Shown here: one piece after another, positions 33,165 through 44,948 of the stretch
Numbering within the stretch: position 1 is the stretch's first letter
Layout: every line of letters starts with the position of its first letter
DNA from: Pelomyxa schiedti
Lineage: Eukaryota; Protista; Evosea
Assembly: GCA_020536535.1 (NCBI GenBank)
Contig: JAHLWZ010000806.1
Coordinates: forward strand, 1 to 64,000
DNA: 64,000 nt
Direction: 5' to 3'
Notes under the pieces: model-generated
Told to the model about the DNA's origin: nothing
Seen by the model: only the letters and a program-made list of their open reading frames with translations
The model's database searches: none
Position numbers and translations under genes: made by a program

Positions 33165-35114
33165 ATGGCGGAACAAAGTGAAAGCGGAAATCGAGATCCA
33201 GAGCTAAATACAGTAGAGTCACAACTCCCAGGAGAAAGGGGGAGACTGGGAGTGGCAAGTGCTTTGTGGAGATCTTGGGCAGAAAGATCAGTGCTAAGAG
33301 GTTGCCACGGCGGAACAGCATTGCCACTGTGCAGGAGTGAGCGCACTCGTTTTGGGTTGTTGTGGGGAGCTTGCTTGGCACAACAGGACTTCGAAAGATA
33401 CCTGCTATATTCCCTGTTGTGTGTACTTCGCGGATGCGAGTTTCTTGATGTGTATGCATCTTGGATGATTGTTAGCACGGCGCTCTCCTTTCCGCTCAAT
33501 ATAGCTTCTGGGTGGCTTACAGACTTCGTTCACAGGAAACAGCATCGAGTCATGCAGGTATGACGAGTAATGTTCACCCTGTCGGTGATATTAACTTAAG
33601 AAGGTATCTTCTGTTCTACAAACTTGCTTCCTGGGCTTGATGGCTCTGTTTTGTTTTCACGCAAACTGGCCATGGGCTGTCATGACGGCAAGATAAATTC
33701 TCTTCCATGTCGATCTAACGATGCCCAGGCACAAATTTGCTTTCAAGTTCGCCAAGCTGCAATGTTACAGTCACTAACGAGTGTCTGGAAATTATTAAAA
33801 ATCAGGTTGGATGTTGTTGGTCATCCAAGTGGCCAGCAAGAGCACGAACCAAGAGAAAAGGTGGTGCAGAGGAATTTATCTTTTTAACGGCTTGTAATGT
33901 ACAGCAAGTGGAAAACATACTTGTTAGTGGGGTTGGAAATACTGGAGATATCACTTGTGAGCTATTTGAACTAGCATCACTTGGAGTAATAATATTACTG
34001 GTTTTCTCCATCTCCATATGGGGCAAAGTAAATGTGGCCTAGAATAAGTCCGTCACGACAACGGCCCTTACTATGCTTTGTATGAGTTTATCAGCAAACA
34101 TTGCAGTTGTAATACTGGCTTTCACTTTCAGAGATAAGGACATGATACCTCGCTCGCTAGAAATATCATTGTCATATACACCATTGGTGTGTCCATTTAT
34201 TACAGTTCGGCACTTATTGCGAAGGAGGAATTGGAGCCTGAAGAAAAGAAGGCGAGAGTTTGTAGATGGGCTGGGAAAGGCTTACGGTATTGCACCACTC
34301 GTATTAGATACTTCTGGAACGCTGCTGTTGTCAAGAATTCCTGTATACATTCTTTGACCGTACTCTCTGTTTATGGTATGTTACTTCATAATCCTAGACT
34401 ATTTTTACAAATTGCAGCTCTTATCGCATATCCTTTGACACTGTTGATTGCTACTGATATTACAAGCTCTAGTTGCATAGATGATCCTGAAAATTTTTGC
34501 TGTAACACCCTCAAGTCTCTGTTGAAACAAGGAGCTGTGTTGAATGCCATGTTTCTGCCTTCATCTGTCAGGTATTTTTACAATATCATCCGCGAATTCA
34601 AGTGTACAGCTATATGCTCTTCCTCGTGCACTGTCCCCCGCAAATTTTCTATTTCAAAGTGATGATTCCCATGGGGCTCACAAGTACCGTTTGTATTGTC
34701 GTCTTATTCACTGTTTCAAGTATGCTGGGACCAATCGAGACCCACCGAGATTTACGGTAGTTAGACCCACCTCTCATTGTCACTGAGGTACTTGTTGCTC
34801 TGGCGCAAATCCTCCCATACTACTTGAACGCCTATGACTACTACATTTTGAATACTGCAATAAACTCAGACTATTTCGGGGCAATAATTTCGTGCTACGG
34901 GTAGCTCCTCCTTCACTCAAGGTCACCACCAACATTGAAATGAAACAGACTCATGGGACAAGTGATCGCTCTATCGGTGGCAGCGACCTACGTATTCACT
35001 GTGCCGTTTGCGTACGTTGTAGCCGGTGCCCTCGCTCTCCTTGTTGCTTCTTGTGCGCATTCGGTATACATGCACAGGCTCTTCCTCAATCCTCTTTGGC
35101 GCCCTTCTTCCTAA
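33165..35114 (+). CDS. Putative MFS-like polytopic transporter
   Basis: Multiple hydrophobic exons; SGWLTDFVHRK resembles MFS motif A; spliced end ...LWRPSS*. Confidence 0.55.
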
Positions 35115-35363
35115 ACACCACTGCTGGGTGCCCATTTTGTTCGCCTCCAAGACGCACCACAACTTGTCTTATTCTGTTTCAGTGGCCACTATGTTGAGGC
35201 ACAACACACGGTGATGGCCCGGCTACCCCGCGGGCTAAATCGGCCACGGCCACACAATTGTGGCGCTGTGGTGCTCCCATTACGAAACTTGGACTTGCGT
35301 ACTGATACCAATGGCGGCGAAATCAGCAGCAGCTCCCTTTTTCTTTCGGCGTGATTTCGCGAA

Positions 35364-35685
35364 ATGATATCTGTGGTTTTTGTGCTGTGGTGTGCAATGG
35401 CCGCTACAGCCGCAACAACAACGGGTGCGACGTCGGCGCTGGTGAAAAAAGCAGGGGCGTCGGGAGACGGGGAAATCGAGCAGTTGAGATTCATAACCCC
35501 GGAGCAGGCGTGGAACGTAGTGGGCGCGTACGGATCGCCTGTGTACGTGTACGATCTGGCGACGCTGCAGTCCCGCGCGAATCAATTTTTGAGCGTGCCG
35601 AATCCTTATGGGTTGACTGTGAGGTACGCGGCAAAGGCCTGGACTTCAAAAGCGGTTAGTTTGAGTGTCCCATAATACTACACTC

Positions 35686-35718
<33 letters not shown>

Positions 35719-37338
35719 GTTTTGTGTTACTTGCTGATTGGTTATTGTTATTATTCTGGCTGCATTTGGCACTATAATGATGTTTGATCGGACTTATAAT
35801 AGGTGCTGGAATTGTTCAACTCAATGGGGCTTTGGTTTGATGTTGCATCAGGCAATGAGGCTAAGAGGGTTATTAATGCTGGTGTGGATCCTTCTCACGT
35901 GCAAATGAGTTCGCAGGAACTTCCCAGGTAAGGAGCACTTTCGTTTTCTTCCAAACGCACCAATGTTGAATAGTGACTTCGGGGAGCTTTTTACATCTGG
36001 AGTTCGCATTAACTTGTGCTCTCTGGATCAGATTCGCCGTTTCGGTGAATCGCCGGCAATTGTTGCCCTACGAGCAAGCAGGGGAGCAGCTGGTGTTGAA
36101 GTGGGAATTCGCATCAATCCAGGAATAGGGAGTGGGGGCACAAATACAACAAACACTGGCGGGCCCTCTGCCAGCTTCGGTGTTTGGTATGCTCTGTTGC
36201 CTGATGCTGTGGCGCTTGCAACACAATATGGCTTGGTATTCAGGACTGTCCACATGCGTATGTTAAATCCTCTGCATAGTTTTACTTACAGCTCATACTC
36301 TCCTTGAAATCAATACAGATATCGGCTCAGGGAGTGATCCTACCATATGGATAAAAGCCGTCAATTTGACAATTGGGTTTATCGAACAGTACTTCCCGGA
36401 TTGCACCACCATTGACGTTGGTGGTGGCTATAAAGTAAACCAGGATGCTTTGTTACCGTAGTAATGCCTTTCAAGTACAGGTGGCAAGAATGAGTTACGA
36501 AAATGCTACTGATATCATGAAGTGTGGAAGGGAAGTGAGCGCATTACTAGTACAATTTGCCCAGAAAACAGGCAGAAAGCTGTACCTCGAGATGGAACCA
36601 GGTTGACCTATATCTTCTTTTGTACTTACTGCTTGAGCCTAACCCATACACAGGGACGTATCTCGTTGCAAATGCAGGTTGCACCATTTCCAAAATTCAA
36701 GATATAGTTAGCACCGAGAAGGATTGTGATGTTTGCATTCCCTTACTGCTTGTGGTGCTATAGTCACCCCTTTTTTTAGGCAGGACACGTTTTCCTAAAA
36801 CTTGATACCGGAATGACATCTGTACTTCGACCAATGCTCTATGGCGCCCAACATCCGCTTGTAGTTGTTCCGCAAAAAGTTGTGCCCGATCCAAACACTA
36901 TGTAAGTGTATATTACTTCTTTGTTGCTGACCTAATGCGGAACCTTGTTCAAGGGAATATGTAGTTGTGGGACATGACTGCGAATCAGGCGACTTGTTGA
37001 CTCCTGCACCATCGAACCCTGAAGAACTTAAACCGCGACTTATGCAAGAAGCCACTATTGGCGACCTGTATGCCATTCATCCCCCTATTTCTAAAAAAAA
37101 CCAAACTAACCATTGGGTCAACAAACACACACCTTTTTTTTCTTTTTCTGTGCTCTTTGTTAGGTGTGTGATTGAAGCCACTGGGGCATACTGCTCATCA
37201 ATGAGTACTGCACACTACAACTCGTTCACGGAGGCACCTGAAGTGATGCTCACAGGAAAAGGGCCCTCTGACTTTGTTTTAATACGCAAGGCACAATCCC
37301 TCAGTGACTTATGGGCTAACGAACTCAGTTTCCACTAA
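35364..37338 (+). CDS. lysA: Diaminopimelate decarboxylase (fold-type III PLP enzyme)
   Basis: [15 protein letters not shown] (PLP Lys), [52 protein letters not shown]. Confidence 0.9.
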
Positions 37339-37520
37339 AAACCCCCATGAAGGAAGAAAAACAAACAAAGTGTTTATTGCCATTGACACAATAAAAACCC
37401 TGCTGGAGCAGCTCCAGATTTTTTGTGATCTTCGTTGCGCAAAAAGGAAAAAACTCGAGATCTACAAGCGGTGAGCGTACACCGATCCGTCACGTAATTA
37501 TTCGCCACAAACGAGACAAC

Positions 37521-40500
37521 ATGAAGCAGTTCCGGCCGTCGTGCGGGTCGCAGTTTGATTATGTGGAGCCAGTTGTACGGAACAAAACTCTTGAAGGGAT
37601 GTTGTGCGGCGTGTGTCGTGGTCCCTGGTTGTCTCCTGTTACTCACCTCACCTGCGGCTGCACTTTTTGTTCCTCTTGCATAACTACAGTATGCGGCATG
37701 CACTTTTTTTTTTCCCCTCCCTCTTTTCGCCCAGTACTAAGCAACTTTGTGTAGCCTGCATGCCCGCAATGCAAGCAGGATGTTACTGTGAACCAGAAAG
37801 TCCCTGTAATGGCAAGGTACTGTCTAGACGTACTGGATAATTTGCTCGTGAAATGTCCAACTTGCAAAGAGAGCGTTGCACGCCACCAAGTTGTGGCTCA
37901 TTGGAATAGATGCAAACAACGTAAGAAACACTATTTTTCCTTTGTGTGATTGTAACATGTAAATAAAAAAAATGAAAGCTTGTCCTCAGGGCTGTGGTGA
38001 ACTTGTTGCCCCTCTCTTGTACACCAGTCATGTGGAGGAGTCCTGTATGGAAACTATAATTGAGTGTCCCTTGTGTCACTATCATAACAAACGAGAAATA
38101 ATTACGTCTGCTGACCACAAGCAAACATGTCCTGTTGGTAAACTCACAGTTTTGTTTTACTCAATGTATTAATTCGTCTCCCTCACAAAAGATTGCCCAA
38201 ATGGGTGTGGTGCAAAAGTTGCCCCAAAAGACTTTCCACAACACAATGAAACTTGTTTGGATGCTGTTGTACCATGTCTCATATGCACGAAGCCCTTTAA
38301 GCGTGGGAAGATGGCAACTGAGCATATTCCATTTTGTCCCATACGTAGGTGTACTCTTCAACTACCTCTTCTTATCCCTCATTGTAGCTTGTTCGTGTGG
38401 GGAACTTGTGGCACCCAGAGATAAGGTAGTGCATGACAGGGTCTGTAAGATGGCCCCTGTACCGTGTAGTGGAGGGAATATATTGTGCCCATGGACAGGT
38501 ATAATTACACGACCCACAATACTAATTAGCTAAAACTAACCAGGTTCTCCCCTTGAACTTCCGAACCACGAAAAGCATTGTCCGTTCCTGGCAATGAAGG
38601 ATGTCCTGGCACCCTTTGCAGCCCTTCTCACACGCAACTTCACACATCTTTCCCCATCCAACTGCAAGGGGGCCCAACTTGCCAACCAGGATATGTCACG
38701 CAGATTTTTCCGTGGATGGAACTTCGCGGGTGCAAATTTAAGTGGAGCAAATTTTGAACTCTCTGATCTCTCACTGGCTGACCTCAGTGGTGCTGATTTG
38801 ACCAATGCCAATTTCATCCAAGCCAGGCTAAAGGGCACGATTCTGGCTCGTGCAGATTTGAGCAATGCCGTTTTAGCTGGGGCCAATTTGAAGAAAGCCG
38901 ATTTGAGTGGGGCTTGCCTTAAAGGCGCCAACTTAGTTCTAGCAGATTTGTCTGGTGCATCTATTACAGGGGCTGTAGTCTCTAATGCTAATCTAGTAGG
39001 TACCTCGTCATACATCATTGTATTCTTCCATTAACAGTGATTGATAAGGTGTAAAAAGATATGTACTACAATCTCTATCTACTGAGTTGGACAAGTCTCA
39101 AGGTATTTTGTCTCCTGGCAACCCAGACCAACTTTGTTTAGCTAATTGGCCACGGAACTGTTGGCGTCAGATGGAAAATCTTGATCTACGTTTCAGTAAT
39201 TCCGACCTTACGGTCGCCAATATCACCAACAATACTCAAAGCACTTTTGCAACTGTTGGTATACCTTTGGGAGGAGTATTTACGTGGAGAGTGAAAGTTG
39301 TTTCTGTTGACTGTCGTCATGCTGGGGTTGGTGTAGCTATCCCAACGGCCCAGATTGGCAAAGGGAATCATGGTGATAAAGAAGGATGTTGGAAATGGCA
39401 AGCAGGTAATCCTTTCCCACCTACTGGGCCTCTGCGATTTACAATCTTTTAACTCAGGTGGATTGACGTTTTCCAATGCCTCCAGTGTCACTGGAACAGA
39501 GTTGTTTGCTTCAGGCGATGTCCTTACGCTTCTTGTTGACAGAAGAAAAGAACCAACGATTTTTACTATTTCAAAGTCTGATAAAGAAATAAAACGATTC
39601 AGCATTGTAAGCCTTTTCATATCTGGGAGTGCTTATGGCATTCTAGGCAACACAGCAAGAGGTTATACCGTTTATAGCTCCTTGTTGTCGTGGAAATGAG
39701 TTTACCACTGAGTTCAATATCCCTCAACCTTGTGTTATCGACCTCCCTGGTGTGATTGGAATGGAATCGGCAATTTTGCGTGAAGCAGAACCGGTTGATA
39801 CTGTACTTGCTCCGCCTCCCTCTGCATCCTCTACTTCTCGTAAGTAAATTTTTGGGCCTTCTTCTTACTAATTTGTTCTGTTAGAATTAACTGGGCAAAA
39901 ATGTATGTCGTGCCCTCATACTCCATTCATTTTGCCACTTATCAAATTGAAGTTAATAGTCAGTGGTCAGACGACAAATGGAAGAAACACACCCAGGTTT
40001 CTGTCCAGTTCAGCGACAATGATCTGACTGTAACAAACACGGACAATTGCACACAATCGACAATATCTCAGAAGGGCATTAGCCCTGGTTCAGTGCGCTA
40101 TTGGACGATTAAGGTCAATGCTTGCCCTTGTCACGCATGTGGCTGTGGTGTGGCAATTGTGAATAAATTCAACTACATATCCACCTCCCATGCTGATACT
40201 GGTGGCTGTTGGAAGTGGGAGGCTGTTGGGAGAATGTACATCAACGGGGTGTTGAATGATCATTGTGAAACATTTACAACTGGAGATGTTCTTGGACTCC
40301 TGTGTGACCGTCGGCTAGGGAAAAATACCTTGACCTTATACAAAAATGAGAAACAAGTCAAAGTGATGGATTTAACGGAAACGGAGTTAAACATTCACCC
40401 CTGCATCACACCTTGTTGTCGAAATGCATCCTTCACCGCGAATTTCTGTGTTGCTCCTCCACCCGATGTGAGTATATCTGATCTAGGTTTGCTGCCTCTA

Positions 40501-41364
40501 TCAGTTGGTAAATTTTCTTCACTTAATGATTGCTCTTCATTGATTTTGAAAACTAATAGATCCCGAGTTGTTCCCCAAGGATACCTGGAGACCTTATGAA
40601 TCCACAGATCTTGTAGTTTCAAACAACAGCCTGACCGTCACAAATTCCACCAACCGGCCACATTCAATCTCTTCCCACGTCGGCATTCCTACAGGTATCA
40701 CTCGATACTGGCAGATTCTGGTTGAAGGCAGGCTATGCCCTGTGTGCGGAGTAGCTGTTTCATTGGACAGCGCACAAATCGGGCCCGGCAGTCACGCCGA
40801 TGGGCCAGGATGCTGGAAGTGGGAATCAGTTGGAAGGTTGGTGAGCTCCGTTGTAACGTTCTAACTTGTTGGCAATAGATTCTTTGCTAATGGTATCTTG
40901 ATTTCCCAGCTTTGTGGGTATGTTGAAGGCGATGAGATTGGAGTTCTAGTGGACAGAATGCCAGGAAAAGGAACAGTAACCTTCTTTAAGGTTGTGACCC
41001 AACACTCCACTGTTTTTCTAACCCTAAGTATCAGAATGGCGAAGAAGTGACCGTTTTGAAAGGACTACCAGAGGATCCCGCAGTTCTAGTCTACCCCACG
41101 GTCACACCTTGCGGAACTCTTGCTTCATTCACGGCGTTTTTTGCGGCTCAGCCATTCAACTCCTCTTCACTGGCCGGGACCAAACGTCCCAATCCCGTTT
41201 CACTCGTATCAACCATCACAGCATCACTCACACAGTCGTCTCCCTATTCAGAGCCAGCAGCCAGTCCACCCCCAGGCAAAATCCCCAAAACACAACCACA
41301 ACCATCCGCCCCAATGTTCTCCAGACCCACATCACCACCACAACCAAACACAACAAAACACTAA
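37521..41364 (+). CDS. RING + TRAF-type zinc fingers + pentapeptide repeats + three SPRY-like domains (putative E3 ligase)
   Basis: CGVC..P..CGCTFC..C/CPQC (RING); CPQGC..H...C repeats; A(N/D)LxG pentapeptides at 38680-39000; three repeats of FSxNDLTV.N..YW..GVA..CWKW..GD. Confidence 0.8.
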
Positions 41365-41455
41365 AAGGAATCACGCATAAATCAACAAAGAGGGTAATTT
41401 AAAACTTTTCTCTTTGGCTCCGTTTTTCTATTCTTTTTTTTCCTCATTGTTCTGG

Positions 41456-44020
41456 CTATCTGCGCAAAAGTTCGGCAACTTCATTGTCATCCAAATTACC
41501 CTGGATTCTCAGTGCACCCATTCCCAGTACTGGAATGTGGTACAAGAATGACCAGCGGCGAGCGAGTTTGAAGTCCTCCCTGCACCGCTGTAGTGTGTAT
41601 GTGCTTCGAACACCGTGCCGGAGTAATGTATCATGATAGAGCAGAAGGCACCGCTCCACGTTGGAACCCACGACTACACATGTATCTAGTAGAGCGGCGA
41701 GGTCAGTCAGCCCGCAGCCGTAGAATGATGTTTGCCAGTCAAAAACGCAAGGCTGAGGCAGGGGGCTGCCGGCGGCATGCCGCAGTAGGTCTGTTGTGTG
41801 GTAATGTGTTGAGAAAGGGAAAGAGGGGGTGGCATACCTGTGTCAAAGGATTCCTTGAATAGACAAAGGTTGTTGATCCAGATGTCACCTGTTTTTGCCG
41901 GGAATTAGTTCTTCTGTGACTGGAAATCAGCGCTTTTCATACCGTGTACAAGTGTATGAGGGGAGGTACTAAAAAGGGTGTTCAACAGATTTGGTACAGT
42001 TTTATTGTGCTCCAAGCAGAAATTGTAAAATTCTGGGCTGAACAACGAGCGCCTTGGGTTATGTTTAGCCAGACGTTATAACTGGAAGAGATCTTACTGT
42101 GATTTAAGAGCTTCCCAGAAGTACCCAAAATTGCCTAACATGTATTCAATGTTTTCTGCACAATTCATCGGAGGTACCCAACCAAGGCGAGAATCATTTG
42201 AATCCCCAAAGCCCTTTGGAAATGTTAATTTGTGAGGTTTCTTGATTGACTTACTGGGTGATCCCAAAATTCTGCGTGGAATTCCGCAAAACTCTTTACA
42301 AACAATAGAACTATATCCAAAGGTACGGTTTTCGCCTCGTAGTCAAATGTAGAGGCATGAGAAAAGTCTTCCAAAATTAGAGCAGAATCTCCACAGCTTT
42401 CATAGTGGCAGAAATAGCACTTGGGCACTCGCAGCGATATCTGGTGTTGTATTAGAATTAATATAGCTGCAGAGGGACACACGAGTTGTGGCGCGATTTT
42501 CTGGTAGAAATTATATTCAATGAAGTTGTGAGTACGTGAAACGCTGGGCAGGATTTACGGAAAAGTTTGTGATATTTCACATACTGTGAGTTGGTTGAGA
42601 GCTTAACAACAATGGAAGAAGTCTCCTTCATTCAGTTAATTAAGAGAAGAGTAATGACTACTTACAGTTGCCCCATCATGTGTGAGCAAGTTGGAAACTT
42701 TAAATACACGAGATCTAAAACCTTTCTCTCCACCAATTCGCTTTATTTGGAGTTCATGCGAAGGGGATGGCAGCAATGGAACGTTACTTAACGTCATAAT
42801 TTGATACACGAGCTATCAGAGCACATAAGTTCTGGTAGAAATTTGAGAATGGTCATACTTCTTGTATTGCAAGGTTTCGTAATGGAGAAATCAGATGTCC
42901 TTGTGAGGTTTCCACGGTTGTTTCAGAAAATAAGTGGTAGTCTTTCATATACTGAATGATTTGTGGAAAACCTGAGAAAGTTAGAGTGTTAATACATGAC
43001 AAAGGGTTGTTACTAGAGTAAGTGGCGTCCAGGTGCCCTCCTTTTCTAATAGCTGTCGAGGACATATTTAATGGTGGAGCTTCTACAAGGAAAAAAAATT
43101 TCTCAGGTACTCTACCCAAAGTGAGCATTTTACACTAGCCAAAAATCGTACAATCTATGAAGTTGTGCCTCCGAGTTACGTGCATGCTGAATGGAAGCTG
43201 CGTTATCAGTTCGATTTATTACCTGAATATGTTGGAATCGATGTGCTAAATAAATAAGGATACTATGATCTCATGAACTTCCGAGGAAGTGACATAACCA
43301 CCCGCGTCTGCCATGCATTACAATAAAATGGCATCTCTAATTTCCTTACCAGGTCCAGCCAGCCAGAAAAAGTAAACATCGCGTGCTGAAGTGAATAAGA
43401 ACGTGAATATCAGGTTAATGAAGCTCTTGCACACAAGCAAGACTGCCAATTTGTTCAAGGAGCCTGGACCGCAAGTGGTGATATATTGCAAGCGGGTTAC
43501 AATGCAAAGTCGGATGAAAACACTCAAATGTGTCGACCATAACCCAATCAGTGTTTTGCACAAGTAATTGACACAAGTTTAACCGGTGTTGTGTCTCAAT
43601 CCTTGATGTAATTACGGAAAAGTACTCTATTGAGAAATAAAACCTTTTCGCACCCAGCTTTTGTATTGCATAATGAGTTGAGGCAGGAGACATGTACCCC
43701 CCAATCACAATGAACTACAGAGCTCAAAATAAGAGAATGGAAAAAAGGGAAAAAGTGTTTACCCCTCGTGATTCCAAGCACTCTTTGGCTCTCGTAAGGG
43801 TATCAAGGTGTCCTATTTGTGTTGGATTTTTGATATTTGTTAAGAAATGCAGATAACTACCAGGATGTGGGGGATTGAATGTGCCGTTGAAAAAAATAAC
43901 AGCAAGTTTTGATGTCACGTCTTCGGGTACTTTCAACTTGTGCCTGGGCACGTACCCATAATCATTTACACCCACAGCTGGACTGACACCACTACTCCGT
44001 GGGGGAACGGCCGTAGCCAT
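41456..44020 (-). CDS. NMNAT-like (HxGH) nucleotidyltransferase fused to an APH/choline/ecdysteroid-kinase-like domain
   Basis: FNGTFNPPHP/GH, GGYMSP, HRLNLC, WVMVD..E, SSTAIR; then IGGEKGF.SRV, YNFY, VPKCY, LILED, FH..FW, LVHG/DIWINN, DWQ, DLAALL. Confidence 0.8.
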
Positions 44021-44328
44021 TGAGAACTGCTGAGCCTCGTAAAGACAACGAAACTGCCCGCGTTCCGGTCCGTTGATTATTAAATTGAGCCACCTTGCAA
44101 ATAGATGACCCAAAGGGGGAGTAGGAAAGGGTCAAATGAGGGATTGGTTCTTCCTCTGCCTTAGTGGTCCGCTTGCAAGGTGAACAGAGATGAGGAAGAA
44201 GAAAAGTCCCTTCGCAGTTGCTTCTCATCTCATCAAAACAAAAACAACCGAGCACTTGGTTAGGTGTGCGGGGTTACCTCTTGCCTGTAATCAATTGGTC
44301 TAACTACAACCATAACCAACTAACAGCG

Positions 44329-44888
44329 ATGCCGCTTGCACACATCCAATTGGGCAATTGTATTGGCGTGACGCCGCAGAAAATGTCCGACGCCGCGGCC
44401 GCTGCGTCTCAGATTCTGTCCCAGGCCATTGGCAAGCCCATCGTATATTGCATGGCCACCGTAAACGAAGTTGTGGGATGCTTCGCTGGTCAACCAGGTA
44501 ATCCCCAATCTCCCTGCTTTAAGAAATACAAACTCCTCTCGATCCAAAAAAAAAAAAAAAAAAAAAACTGAAATGTTAATTTAAGGATTGAGTTTGTGTA
44601 ATAAGCAACACATAATGTAATTTCTTTTAATATTTAACCTAGGACCTTGCGCTTTTGTCATGATCAAGAGCATTGGTGGCCTCAACGGCCGTGTTAACAA
44701 TGTCCTCTGTGCCAAGTTTTGCGAGATGCTCGCAACCAAGTTCGGCATTGCTGGTGAGAGAATCTATCTCAACTTCCAGGTTCTTTTTTCCCCCTTCCTA
44801 TGTGTTTATTTATGAGTGCTTATATGAAACACAATTTTAGGATGTCCCTGCCTCAAGCTGGGGTCACGATGGTGCCACATTCGGCTAA
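44329..44888 (+). CDS. MIF: Macrophage migration inhibitory factor (MIF)/tautomerase homolog
   Basis: MP start (catalytic Pro1), IGKP..Y, PCAF..IKSIGGL, RIYLNF/DV..SWG..GATF; 3 exons. Confidence 0.93.
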
Positions 44889-44948
44889 TTGAATGTTCCT
44901 TTTTGCGGGTCTAATAGACAAAAGCCTTCCTTCAACATACTTTTTTTT

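Noticed and set aside
35686-35714. Poly(A) run as a retroinsertion tail (also ~44546-44567)
   Set aside because: Both lie inside introns with no TSD or element body; they are simple homopolymers.
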